Positions 26,626 through 36,403 of a stretch of DNA of 64,000 nucleotides are shown here, piece by piece (within the stretch, counting starts at the first letter, position 1; each line of letters opens with the position of its first letter). Location of the stretch: IMG/VR virus record IMGVR_UViG_3300024264_000019, positions 14,209-78,208 of that record. The stretch is one strand, 5' to 3'. The notes under the pieces are model-generated. The model did not search any database, was not told the DNA's origin, and was given only the letters and a program-made list of their open reading frames with translations. Made by a program: the position numbers and the translations under genes. The stretch is from a virus.

Positions 26626-27218
26626 TTTACTGATCTATTAATGTTAATTTTTAAATTATTTAAAATATTTGATAAATATTTAGTATTCCTAAATTGTCCT
26701 GATCTTACTTTATTTTTAGTTTGAATTCCTTGACCCGATCTACCAGATAGAGTCATCCTGTTTATGTAGTTACCCAAACCAGATATTCCTTTTTCAATAC
26801 CTTCAGCCCAACTTCTTCCGCTAACCCAAGGCATTGGGCTAGCTGAGAAAATCTCTTCCTTGGATGGAAGTTCAACTTGAAATTTTAAAATCATCGATCT
26901 TTGAGAGCTTGGTATTGATTTAATGTTTAAAGCTTTTTTTAATATTAATCTGATTGGAGTTATAGGATCCATTCCTTCCTCAAAACCAATATAGGAATAT
27001 AAATTCCCATATCCACCCAATGTACCGCTTTCATTCCAACCTTCTGGGCCAGATTCAATTTCTTTAGTAACTGGGTGAGATTCAAACTCTTTAATCATTT
27101 CTCTATGAGCTTGGTTTACTCCTTGAATGATTTTTTTCTCAATATGTTTTCCAACTATAGGTCCAACTTGACTATTTTCTATTCTTTTTAAAGCTCTCTC
27201 GTTGATTTTTATATTCAT
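26622..27218 (-). CDS. Putative neck/tail completion protein
   Basis: Synteny; basic, Gly-rich C-terminus. Confidence 0.45.
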   Translation of the reverse strand: MNIKINERALKRIENSQVGPIVGKHIEKKIIQGVNQAHREMIKEFESHPVTKEIESGPEGWNESGTLGGYGNLYSYIGFEEGMDPITPIRLILKKALNIKSIPSSQRSMILKFQVELPSKEEIFSASPMPWVSGRSWAEGIEKGISGLGNYINRMTLSGRSGQGIQTKNKVRSGQFRNTKYLSNILNNLKININRSVK

Positions 27219-27219
27219 A

Positions 27220-27666
27220 TCATCCCCTTCTTTTCAAGAGTATATTGTAATATTTAATTGAAAACATGCCAGATTTCGCCGCATCGGAAGAAATATTAAA
27301 AAGTTCACCATCAACTTCGATATCAGTAGCTTTTTTTAATAAGTTATACCCTTCTTCGTTGATTTTTATTCTTATGTGGTCGGAAGGTATATCTATACCT
27401 AATATTTCATTTTCACTGCTTTGCCTCAGAAATTCAAAATTTCCAGCATAAGCTATTCTCGCTTTTAATTTTAAAGTCTCAACGATTTTATCACTACCTT
27501 TTTGATTCTTAATTCTAGAATATAGAGCGTTATAAGTATTATTAGTAGCGACAAAAACTTTTTTTTCTTTTTTAAATATTGTAATCTCTCTAGCAAAAGT
27601 ATCATGAATATCATCAAATACTTTATCAAATCTACTTTTATCTGAACTTGATATTAAATCGCTCAT
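27220..27666 (-). CDS. Putative head-closure (stopper) protein
   Basis: Synteny; start moved to ATG 27666 (MSDLISS); DIEVDGELFNI beta motif. Confidence 0.5.
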   Translation of the reverse strand: MSDLISSSDKSRFDKVFDDIHDTFAREITIFKKEKKVFVATNNTYNALYSRIKNQKGSDKIVETLKLKARIAYAGNFEFLRQSSENEILGIDIPSDHIRIKINEEGYNLLKKATDIEVDGELFNISSDAAKSGMFSIKYYNILLKRRG

Positions 27667-27668
27667 TA

Positions 27669-30011
27669 CTATGGAGTTGGAGTTGGAGCTGTATTTATTA
27701 TAAAATTGCACACGCCGTTTGTTCCATTCCACTCAATTGTTGCGCTCACACAGGTTGTGTCATCATCACAATGACAGCATCCTGCACAAGATTCAAATAC
27801 ATGTGAGCCTGTTTGAGGCACTTTTTTAATCATCCAGCTATTATATTGACTAACGTCCTGAAACTTATTACCGCCCCCACCGCAACCAATATCATCACCC
27901 ACAAACGCGCTACAGTTACTAACTGGTACGGAATCATTTACTAAATTATAACACCTACTATCCGACATAAATGTATCTAGAGCTACATCGCCATCAGCAT
28001 ATCCTATAAATTGATTTTCAATACCAGATATATTTTCTGGACAAGTTAATAAGTCTATGCATCTAGTTGGATCTATCTGGGTAGGATTACAAGGCGCATA
28101 TTCAGCACAAAACCCAAAACCGCATGTGGTTTGCGGGCTCGGAGAATTATCTTTGAAAGATTGTAGGGATTTAAAAAATGAAGCTTTTGATTCAAGCGTA
28201 AAAGGCTGAGCGCTAAAAGTAAGAATGTCTGCAATTGATTTCGTTATATAAACCTTATTAGTTGTTAATACATTTGAAAAAGCGGTTATGTTTAAAGCTG
28301 TTACTCCATTAATCTGCAGCTCTATATTTGACTCTTTCTGACCCACTGGCGCTCCTAGGCATATCCTAGCACCAACCAAAGCGTCACTCGTATACGAAAG
28401 AGTAGAACCTTTTGTTCCATTTGTGGAATTCGCATAGAATATTTCTCCGCCTTCTATGCAGCACTCTAGGGGTGTTGGCGTACTAGTATGAGTGAGAGTA
28501 CTTGTTGAAGTGTGAGTGAGTGTTGGCGTACTAGTATGAGTGAGAGTATTTGTCGAAGTATGAGTGAGTGTTGTCGTACTAGTGTGAGTGAGTGTTGGCG
28601 TACTAGTATGAGTGAGAGTACTTGTCGAAGTATGAGTGAGTGTTGTCGTACTAGTGTGAGTGAGTGTTGGCGTACTAGTATGAGTGAGAGTACTTGTCGA
28701 AGTGTGAGTGAGTGTTGGCGTACTAGTATGAGTGAGAGTACTTGTCGAAGTATGAGTGAGTGTTGGCGTACTAGTATGAGTGAGAGTACTTGTCGAAGTA
28801 TGAGTGAGTGTTGGCGTACTAGTATGAGTGAGTGTTGACGTGCTAGTATGAGTAAGCGTTGTTGTCGAAGTGCTAGTAGCTGTTAGCGTTGAAGTTGGTG
28901 TTGGTGTTGGAACATCTGGCGTTTCGGTAGCTGTTGAGGTATGAGTAACTGTTGACGTACTAGTATGAGTGAGTGTTGGCGTACTAGTATGAGTAACTGT
29001 TGACGTACTAGTATGAGTAACTGTTGGCGTACTAGTATGAGTGAGAGTACTTGTTGAAGTGTGAGTGAGTGTTGACGTGCTAGTATGAGTAAGCGTTGTT
29101 GTCGAAGTGCTAGTAGCTGTTAGCGTTGAAGTTGGCGTTGGAACATCTGGCGTTTCAGTTGTTGTCGAAGTGCTAGTAGCTGTTAGCGTTGAAGTTGGCG
29201 TTGGAACATCTGGCGTTTCAGTTGTTGTCGAAGTGCTAGTAACTGTTGGCGTGCTAGTATGGGTGAGAGTAGACGTGGTGGTAGTCGTTTTTGTAATTGT
29301 AGGGGTTACTGTACTTGTTTGCGTCTCGGTCGCTGTAAGGGTGCTAGTTGGCTCATTACACGGCGGTGTAGGGGTCAATGTCGCAGCTTTTTCTGGACAG
29401 TCTACTAATTCTTCTTTACAATCTTTGGGTTTTTTATCACAAGATGTGGTTTTTATGCCCTGACTAACCACCTGTCTTGGTAACGAATTATAAAGATTAT
29501 AATATTGCACCATATCTTTAATTCTCAAGTCAGCTTCTTTTGATATAGACTTGTAAGTTTGAGCTGCCTGAATTTTTTGTTGAGGGGTGGTAATTAAAGA
29601 CTGCCTCTTGATAGAAGAATCCCCTTCTCTTAACTCTACCCAGTCAGTCATGGTTACAGAAGACTCCCCTGTTGTAGTGGTTGAACTACTAGAGGAAACT
29701 CCTTTTAATGCTAAGCGACTCTCTCTTTTGTAAAACTCCCTTAAGTATAATTGTATTAAGATAGATATTTCTTCGGGTCTTAACCTTGGACATATATCAT
29801 TCTTCTTAGTTATTCTATGGCTCGAATGTATTAATATATTTAATTGACCTATGTTCGTTTCTATCCAAGCTGAAATTCTAGCTTTGAAGGTCTTTATTTT
29901 GGGAACGTCTTCAGCAACGCCTGAATCAAAAAAGTCATAAAACTCTGATTCGTATATACTTTCAGCTATTTCATCAACTTGACTATATTCGCAATCACAG
30001 TCTTCTAACAT
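27669..30011 (-). CDS. Putative head-tail adaptor fused to a mucin-like Thr stalk and a Cys-rich domain
   Basis: N-terminal ~185-aa helical domain in the adaptor position, ~300-aa Thr/Ser/His repeat, Cys-rich C-terminus. Confidence 0.55.
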   Translation of the reverse strand: MLEDCDCEYSQVDEIAESIYESEFYDFFDSGVAEDVPKIKTFKARISAWIETNIGQLNILIHSSHRITKKNDICPRLRPEEISILIQLYLREFYKRESRLALKGVSSSSSTTTTGESSVTMTDWVELREGDSSIKRQSLITTPQQKIQAAQTYKSISKEADLRIKDMVQYYNLYNSLPRQVVSQGIKTTSCDKKPKDCKEELVDCPEKAATLTPTPPCNEPTSTLTATETQTSTVTPTITKTTTTTSTLTHTSTPTVTSTSTTTETPDVPTPTSTLTATSTSTTTETPDVPTPTSTLTATSTSTTTLTHTSTSTLTHTSTSTLTHTSTPTVTHTSTSTVTHTSTPTLTHTSTSTVTHTSTATETPDVPTPTPTSTLTATSTSTTTLTHTSTSTLTHTSTPTLTHTSTSTLTHTSTPTLTHTSTSTLTHTSTPTLTHTSTSTLTHTSTPTLTHTSTTTLTHTSTSTLTHTSTPTLTHTSTTTLTHTSTNTLTHTSTPTLTHTSTSTLTHTSTPTPLECCIEGGEIFYANSTNGTKGSTLSYTSDALVGARICLGAPVGQKESNIELQINGVTALNITAFSNVLTTNKVYITKSIADILTFSAQPFTLESKASFFKSLQSFKDNSPSPQTTCGFGFCAEYAPCNPTQIDPTRCIDLLTCPENISGIENQFIGYADGDVALDTFMSDSRCYNLVNDSVPVSNCSAFVGDDIGCGGGGNKFQDVSQYNSWMIKKVPQTGSHVFESCAGCCHCDDDTTCVSATIEWNGTNGVCNFIINTAPTPTP
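28470..29290. repeat. 24-bp tandem repeats encoding (TLTHTST[P/S/T])n plus TTTETPDVPTPT units
   Basis: More than 20 copies of gtactagtatgagtgagtgttggc-type units. Confidence 0.95.
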
Positions 30012-30117
30012 TACTAACCCTTTTGTTTTGCGCTGTTAACGCTGTTTTTATAAAAGAATTTATACTAATGTTTAAATACCCACTCGGGTGAATAGTAGTG
30101 AGTATCCTCATTTTGAA

Positions 30118-30501
30118 TCATGATAAATTAAACAACTTCTTTTGATCCTCTGTTAAATCTTCCGTGTTAATCATTGGTTTTGTGGACTGGAAAGATCTTC
30201 CTTTCCCACCAACAACAACCGCGTTAAATTCTTTCTTGAGTTTATTCTTTAAGGTTGTTTTATTTCCTGATGGAAAAACACCTGCACTCACAGCTAAAGA
30301 CTGCAAGTCGGTAAGATTCATGTTAGCCAAATTCTCTTCAAACTTGCTCTCGCTAGAGGTTTTAAAAGGGTTTGGAATACTAGGTCTTAGTAAATTTTCT
30401 AGATCTCTAATTTTTTCAACTTCAGATTGGTTACTTGACTTTCCATCTGTATATAAGGGAGTTTTCTTCGTTTTTATGTTTGTTTTTTTTATTGATGTCA
30501 T
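30118..30501 (-). CDS. Hypothetical protein (possible Rho-N/SAP-like small domain)
   Basis: LANMNLTDLQSLAVSAGV pattern; located after the major capsid gene. Confidence 0.55.
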   Translation of the reverse strand: MTSIKKTNIKTKKTPLYTDGKSSNQSEVEKIRDLENLLRPSIPNPFKTSSESKFEENLANMNLTDLQSLAVSAGVFPSGNKTTLKNKLKKEFNAVVVGGKGRSFQSTKPMINTEDLTEDQKKLFNLS

Positions 30502-30547
30502 AGCTGCTTGATATAATTTGATACACTTTTATGTTACCCCTGGGAAT

Positions 30548-30578
30548 AAAAAAATCCACCGAGTAGGTGGATTTCTTT
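30548..30578 (-). terminator. Intrinsic terminator after the major capsid gene
   Basis: aaatccacc-gagta-ggtggattt hairpin with a T-tract on the minus strand. Confidence 0.85.
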
Positions 30579-30604
30579 AAAGTTGATAAATTATCAGACT
30601 TCTC

Positions 30605-31837
30605 TTACATAACAATACCTGTAAGAGCTCGGCTGTCAACAACCATTCTACCTTCTTCAATCGAACCATAATATCCGATCTTCTGTTGGCGAACAGTGTA
30701 TTGATCATCAGCTGCTAAGTTTAACTCAGCACCTGTTTCCGAATCAGTAGCGATAGCTCTCATGAGAGACTCTCTAGAGCGATCAATACCGATAATCAAT
30801 TGATCTCCACCTGTAGCGTTACTAAACGTTGCTCCACCGTGTCCTTTATCTCCACTACCTGCAGCGTCAAGAGTTGCAAACACCTCGTTAAACTTTTGCT
30901 CTTGTCCAAGCTCATTAAGCTCAGTAAACGCAAGTCCATAAAGCTCAGCAGCTCCAGCGTTAGCATACAATGCATTACGCATTTGCTCGGTTGCAGGAAT
31001 AACACCAGCACCTTGGTTAACAACTGTTTGTCCGCTAACGGCTCCAGCTGTTACTGGCTCTGCAGCTCCGCCTCCTGTAACATTAGCAGTCTGTGAACTA
31101 ACTGTTGCTCCTGTTACATCAAGAGTTCTTTGCATACCACGAGTATTAATCGGGTTGTAAGCCATTGCTCGGATTTCACCCATAACTTCTGGAGAAATGA
31201 GCAAGTCAGTAACTCCACGGTTATTGGTGATAGGTGTTCCCTTATTCCAAGCGGTATTAATCCTCTTGGCGTGAGTGATAAGCTTATTAACATCAGCAAG
31301 CAAGAATTGTCCTGCGTTATGAGATGAAACAACATGATCTTTACTGTTTGTTGAAGCCTGAGCTAAAACTCCCAATACAAGATTAGCAGATGTAGCTTCT
31401 TGTTTAAGCATCAATTCTTGAGCCAAACGAGAAAACGTCTTGCTTATGACATCGAGCCTAGAACGAGCGGCGTACCTGCGATCAAAATCAATAGCTGTTT
31501 CAAGCCTGTAAGTAGTAAACTTAAGTTCACTATGCGAGGGCATGATAGAGTTAGATGGAAGACCTCCAGGGACATTCTGAGTATAAATACTAATGTAATC
31601 AGTATCAGTAATGTCATGGTACAGATCCAAAGGGATCGAGGGGTTATCATCTTCGTTAAATGAAAAGCTTGTAAACATATTGCTCAAAGTTGGAGCGTTG
31701 TTAATAACTTCAGCTAAAACTGGAGCGATAAATTCAGCAGCAGCAGCTTGCGCTTCATGTGCTACATTGCGATTCTTGGAAGCCATCGCTTTAATGAGCT
31801 CAACTTGTTCTTCTGTTCGTTTTAATGTAATATTCAT
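30605..31837 (-). CDS. Major capsid protein
   Basis: 410 aa; follows portal, protease and decoration genes; HK97-like C-terminal pattern (KIGYYGSIEEGRMVVD); strong terminator. Confidence 0.8.
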   Translation of the reverse strand: MNITLKRTEEQVELIKAMASKNRNVAHEAQAAAAEFIAPVLAEVINNAPTLSNMFTSFSFNEDDNPSIPLDLYHDITDTDYISIYTQNVPGGLPSNSIMPSHSELKFTTYRLETAIDFDRRYAARSRLDVISKTFSRLAQELMLKQEATSANLVLGVLAQASTNSKDHVVSSHNAGQFLLADVNKLITHAKRINTAWNKGTPITNNRGVTDLLISPEVMGEIRAMAYNPINTRGMQRTLDVTGATVSSQTANVTGGGAAEPVTAGAVSGQTVVNQGAGVIPATEQMRNALYANAGAAELYGLAFTELNELGQEQKFNEVFATLDAAGSGDKGHGGATFSNATGGDQLIIGIDRSRESLMRAIATDSETGAELNLAADDQYTVRQQKIGYYGSIEEGRMVVDSRALTGIVM

Positions 31838-31856
31838 AATATAAATTTTCCTTAAA

Positions 31857-32525
31857 TTATCCGAGTTGAATTAAAGCTACGTCGTAGCCAGCTCCTGCTC
31901 CAGTAGCAATAACTTTAGCAAAAGCAGTCTTGCCATCGTTAAGTGTAAGTTGTCCACTTCCACCAGATTTTAAAACAGATCCTGGAACAATTCCTCCAGA
32001 TCCAATTCCACTCGCATGAAAGATACCAGCTCCGCTAGCTATTAGTTTCGAAACTTTCACAGTAAAGAAACCTTTTGTTGCTACAGGCACCGCTTCTCCA
32101 GGAAGCACGGCTTGAAGCTCGTCTTTCTTAACATCATAGTTAAGTAACTTCATTAAGTTTTCATCCCATGCTAGTGTTGGGCGAAGTGTTAATCCAACTG
32201 CGCTTGTAGCATCAGCAGCTGTGACGCCAAAACTCATTTGAGTTGTTGGGTAAATACTTCCTTGTTTCATTGCGAATCCTTGATCTCCTGATCCAATTGC
32301 TCCAAGATAACTATCATGAGTTCTTGCAGGTTGATCAGCTCCAAGCTTATCATTAGTGGTTGCAGTATCAACCAATGTACCTGACCAATTGCCTCCATTG
32401 TTAAAAGCGGAGTCACCAGGTTTGAGATTTATATACTCACTTCCTGCGCCAGTGCTTACATCAAGAGAAAAGAGGTTGATAACATCCTTCTCGTCGTATT
32501 GTCTAAATGGTAATAGTTTATGCAT
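31857..32525 (-). CDS. Putative capsid decoration/cement protein
   Basis: Gly-rich; lies between protease and major capsid gene; PGEAVPVATKG. Confidence 0.6.
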   Translation of the reverse strand: MHKLLPFRQYDEKDVINLFSLDVSTGAGSEYINLKPGDSAFNNGGNWSGTLVDTATTNDKLGADQPARTHDSYLGAIGSGDQGFAMKQGSIYPTTQMSFGVTAADATSAVGLTLRPTLAWDENLMKLLNYDVKKDELQAVLPGEAVPVATKGFFTVKVSKLIASGAGIFHASGIGSGGIVPGSVLKSGGSGQLTLNDGKTAFAKVIATGAGAGYDVALIQLG

Positions 32526-32537
32526 TTTTTTTATAGG

Positions 32538-34109
32538 TTAAAATTTTACAGATATATTCTCTCTAGCAAAAGCCATAGAGAATTTTTCTTTTAGTGTTGG
32601 TTCTTCAGTTGCGCTTTCCAAATTATTATTTGTTGCGATTTCAGAAGCTTCTTCAGTTACTCCTGCGAGAACTTCTTCTACTTCCACCACTTCTTCTGTT
32701 GCTTCAATTTTTTCAGTGAGTGTAGAATCTTCTCCAGAAATTCTTTTTTGAACTTCAGCTTCAACTTTTTGTGCAAAGATTTTTTCTTGTTCTTCTAGAT
32801 ACTTTTTATTTTTATGGGCCCACATTACTTGGAGTTTTGACGCGTACTCTTCAAAAGATTTTTCATCTAAACTAAGTTCTTGAACCTCTTTAGCTAAAAG
32901 CTTCTTATCTTGATCGTTAATTTCGTAGCTAGCTTCAATAGTTTCCATTCGAGCGTTAAAAGCTTCTTCTTTTTGGCTTTCTAAAATTTCGCCATTCAAA
33001 GATTCAACTTCAGTCTTAGACTGAGTTAGCTCAGTCCTTAAAGATTCAATTTCCTCTTTTAAATTAGCTTCTACTTTTTGAAGCTCTTCTTTTTGAGCGT
33101 CGATAGCGGAAAGTTCTTTTTCATATTCGTCGCTTTTGGATTTAATTGCATCTCCAATTACGCGACTAATATTAGCTACAGCTTCTTGAGTGAAATTATG
33201 CTCGGGCATTTTTTCGTCTAGAAGCACTTTAAATTCTTCGATGAGTTCTTGTTTTTGCATATTAGAAATTTGGTTAATATCATTATTTACATCAATTTTT
33301 TCTTTTTGTGAAGTTTTTTTTTGATTTTTATTTGCTAGATCTTCTTCTTCAAACTCTTCAGCCTCAATCTTCTCTTTTTTTTTGTGCACCAAAACACCTT
33401 TAACATCCGCAGCTGGATTACCAGTAAAGCCTATTCCTAATGGGTAAACTTCTCCAGCTACAACTCTATATATTGGCGTACCATCTTTCAACTCACCTTC
33501 TCCATCAAAACTCCTTAGGTATTCAGATAATTCTTTTACTTGTTTTTCATCAGTTACGATTTCAGCTTCATTTAAATCTTTACTACCAAGTGCTATATTG
33601 TATTCATTAAACCCAAGTTCCCAGCTCGCTGAAACAGACTCGTACAATTCATCTTCTTCATCACTTGACTTTAATACCAATTTACTAAATTCAGGAAAAG
33701 AGTGAGAGTAAACAACTGCCCCAAGTGCTATATTAAATTTCCCAGAAAATTCGTCGGGAATATCTTCAATTAAATTACCAGAGCTGAAATCTGAAAATCC
33801 TGTTGATACAATATGACCAACGACTTTCTTTTTATTGTGTTCTATATTAGTTGGTTTATTTAAAAAGTATTTTCTTATTTTCTTTGCTGTAATAGTATCA
33901 ATGCCATCATCGTTCTTATTAATTGTATTTACTACTGCAGCATTAAATGCAACTCCAAGAATATCAATATTTTGATCAAAATCAATATCTTGAGGAATTA
34001 ATTCATTTAAATCACTCTTTGAAGCTTGACTAGTATAAGAATTAGCTATAGATATTAACTGGTCAACTTTTAAGTTATTTGAGAAATTAGTTTTGTATTT
34101 AAAGTTCAT
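32538..34109 (-). CDS. Prohead protease fused to a coiled-coil scaffold
   Basis: NKNDDG...NIEH...VVGHI...SASWELGF N-terminal domain, acidic coiled-coil C-terminus, synteny. Confidence 0.7.
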   Translation of the reverse strand: MNFKYKTNFSNNLKVDQLISIANSYTSQASKSDLNELIPQDIDFDQNIDILGVAFNAAVVNTINKNDDGIDTITAKKIRKYFLNKPTNIEHNKKKVVGHIVSTGFSDFSSGNLIEDIPDEFSGKFNIALGAVVYSHSFPEFSKLVLKSSDEEDELYESVSASWELGFNEYNIALGSKDLNEAEIVTDEKQVKELSEYLRSFDGEGELKDGTPIYRVVAGEVYPLGIGFTGNPAADVKGVLVHKKKEKIEAEEFEEEDLANKNQKKTSQKEKIDVNNDINQISNMQKQELIEEFKVLLDEKMPEHNFTQEAVANISRVIGDAIKSKSDEYEKELSAIDAQKEELQKVEANLKEEIESLRTELTQSKTEVESLNGEILESQKEEAFNARMETIEASYEINDQDKKLLAKEVQELSLDEKSFEEYASKLQVMWAHKNKKYLEEQEKIFAQKVEAEVQKRISGEDSTLTEKIEATEEVVEVEEVLAGVTEEASEIATNNNLESATEEPTLKEKFSMAFARENISVKF

Positions 34110-34236
34110 AAATTATTTTTTCTTCAGCCCAAGCTTCTTGGGAGATTTCTTTACCTTCTTCATGTTCGCAGTCACAAAATAAATCATGCTGTCTAATCCT
34201 TGCGGATAAATCTATTGAGATTTTCTGTATTGGCAT
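34099..34236 (-). CDS. 45-aa ORF not in the track (MPIQKISIDLSARIRQHDLFCDCEHEEGKEISQEAWAEEKIIYEL)
   Basis: Translated by hand; ATG lies 9 nt after a GTGTA motif. Confidence 0.55.
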   Translation of the reverse strand: MPIQKISIDLSARIRQHDLFCDCEHEEGKEISQEAWAEEKIIYEL

Positions 34237-34282
34237 ACGTTATTGTACACCTAAAAATTAATAGTGTTAATAAAAAATAAAA

Positions 34283-36361
34283 TTATTTACTATGCCAAAG
34301 TATCGCTGCTGGATAATCAGTTAACTGGTGATTTGATGATACTTCTAATATTTCTGGCAGAATAATTTGTTTTTCAATTTCCTCAGGGTTTTTTATGCAA
34401 GCTTCTATTCTTGATTCCCAGGAATCTTTCTTTCCCGAAACGACAACTGTTTCGATAAGACTATCTACAGTTTCGTTTTGCTGTTTATTCAACCTCTTTA
34501 CTTTGTATTTCTCCTTTACCCTGCTTGATGCGAAAGATCTCAACTTCTCAATATCGTAAATTACCGATTGTAAGTTTTTTCTCGAATATAAATCTTTCGC
34601 AGTCGCTCCTGTCGGTCTTCCAGCTTCTTTTGGCGGGGTTTTTTTTAAAACTTGTTGTTGATTTTGAGCTGGGCTTTGAGTTGAATTTTTCTTAATCTGT
34701 TGCTCTTTTAAACCTCTTTCTTCTTCTGCCCCTGGAGGCTCAACTAGCGGAACTCCTCCAATAAGAGGGTTATACATACCCTTCTCTCTGTCTTCTACAT
34801 ATTTTTCTTGAGCTGGTTGCAAGGTGTCTGCATTTGGGAATAAACCAGTTCTTATTGATTGCATTCCTTGCTCTGGAGATATTACTCCAATTTCGAGCAA
34901 TCTAGTTATAACTCTCTGAAACTGAACTTCGTCTTTTATATCAACTTCTTGAAATTTAACCGTTGGGTACTTTCTGAATCCCATATTCTTGCAAAGCATT
35001 TTTACTTGAGGCATTATAAAATCATTTACAAATGCGTTTCGAGCTTCTTTTAATCTTTCTAAAAATATTTGAGCTTTTATTTGAGTGCTTGAGTAATTTT
35101 CTTTACCAACTATAATGTTCTGCAAGCCTTCTCTAATATCTTGGTTTACGATCTCGTATTTTTGCGGACCTAATATTTTATTCACGTCAGGAATAACAAA
35201 GTCAGCTTTAGTGGTGTAGTCACTAACTAGCACTCTACCTACGCTTTCATTTTGAAACAAACATTGCATCGCGCTCATGCTGTGCGGGTTAATACCCCCT
35301 TTATCTGGCTCAGCCCCCATGGTGATCAATAGAACAACGTTTTCAATAGTTCTACTAATTGCTTGATCGATTTTTTTCAATTCAATTTTCCAGTTTAAAT
35401 CATCTAAAACAGGGAATCCAAAAGGAATAGCAAAAGGTTCGTAATCTTGTTTTTTATAAAAAGAATATATTATTTTTTCAGGGTTTAAAGGTATAAGTAC
35501 TCCTGATCTATGATAGCTATTTTTTGTAATCTTTTCTTGAACTTCTTTTGGTAATGAATCGAAAATATCTTGATCCTCTTGAGTAGATGGGTTTTTGAGT
35601 TTTTCAAGCTCATACTCTGATAATACTTTTTTGTACACCCCTTGGCTAAAAGAACTCGTTCTTGATGCAACTATATCGTATGGATTTAATAATATATATC
35701 TGACGGGTATTTTCTCAGGATCTAAATATTTGTGACTAGCGCTTCCATATATTTTATTCAATTTTAAAACATCTTCTTTTGAAAACTCTCCATCTATTCT
35801 ATAAAAAAATATATTACCACTTCTATAATACTCTCTAAAATATTGATCTTTTAACTTCCATAAGTTGATTTTTTCGAACCATTTATATATAAAACTTTTT
35901 GCGTTTTCAGATCCTCCCTCTAGATATATTTCAGAGTTTGAGAATTCAGACATCACATCAATAGCATTTCTAAATATAGGGATATTAGCATATGCTTTTT
36001 GGCAAAGTTCTATAGATTCTCTGACGTCAACACCATCAACGTTAACGTTGTATGGCAATAACCCCTCCGCTATGTTTTTGTATTTTTCAGATTTAGGCTT
36101 GGAGCCGAATCTCCCCCTCATTCCAGAAGTGGATTTGTCCGCCCCCCTTAATGCGTCTGTTACTGTATTGCAAGAGCTCTTAGATTGAAAAAGTTGGGGT
36201 TTCTGACCTAGATTACTAGCGTTGCTAGTGTAATAATTATCTCCGCACAAAACTGGTTCTACAGGGTCAATTCCAACTGGCTCGTTAAACTGATTAGTTT
36301 TGTCAAACTTTTTCCAGTAGTTTGATTTTTTTTTATATTTTCTTTTCTTTGAGTCGCTCAT
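34283..36361 (-). CDS. Portal protein
   Basis: Directly after TerL; AYANIPIFRNAIDVMSEF and YFREYYRSGN portal-like motifs; start moved to ATG 36361. Confidence 0.8.
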   Translation of the reverse strand: MSDSKKRKYKKKSNYWKKFDKTNQFNEPVGIDPVEPVLCGDNYYTSNASNLGQKPQLFQSKSSCNTVTDALRGADKSTSGMRGRFGSKPKSEKYKNIAEGLLPYNVNVDGVDVRESIELCQKAYANIPIFRNAIDVMSEFSNSEIYLEGGSENAKSFIYKWFEKINLWKLKDQYFREYYRSGNIFFYRIDGEFSKEDVLKLNKIYGSASHKYLDPEKIPVRYILLNPYDIVASRTSSFSQGVYKKVLSEYELEKLKNPSTQEDQDIFDSLPKEVQEKITKNSYHRSGVLIPLNPEKIIYSFYKKQDYEPFAIPFGFPVLDDLNWKIELKKIDQAISRTIENVVLLITMGAEPDKGGINPHSMSAMQCLFQNESVGRVLVSDYTTKADFVIPDVNKILGPQKYEIVNQDIREGLQNIIVGKENYSSTQIKAQIFLERLKEARNAFVNDFIMPQVKMLCKNMGFRKYPTVKFQEVDIKDEVQFQRVITRLLEIGVISPEQGMQSIRTGLFPNADTLQPAQEKYVEDREKGMYNPLIGGVPLVEPPGAEEERGLKEQQIKKNSTQSPAQNQQQVLKKTPPKEAGRPTGATAKDLYSRKNLQSVIYDIEKLRSFASSRVKEKYKVKRLNKQQNETVDSLIETVVVSGKKDSWESRIEACIKNPEEIEKQIILPEILEVSSNHQLTDYPAAILWHSK

Positions 36362-36403
36362 TTCTACATGATACACTCAAAAGTATCAAAGTCAACTTAA
36401 AAG

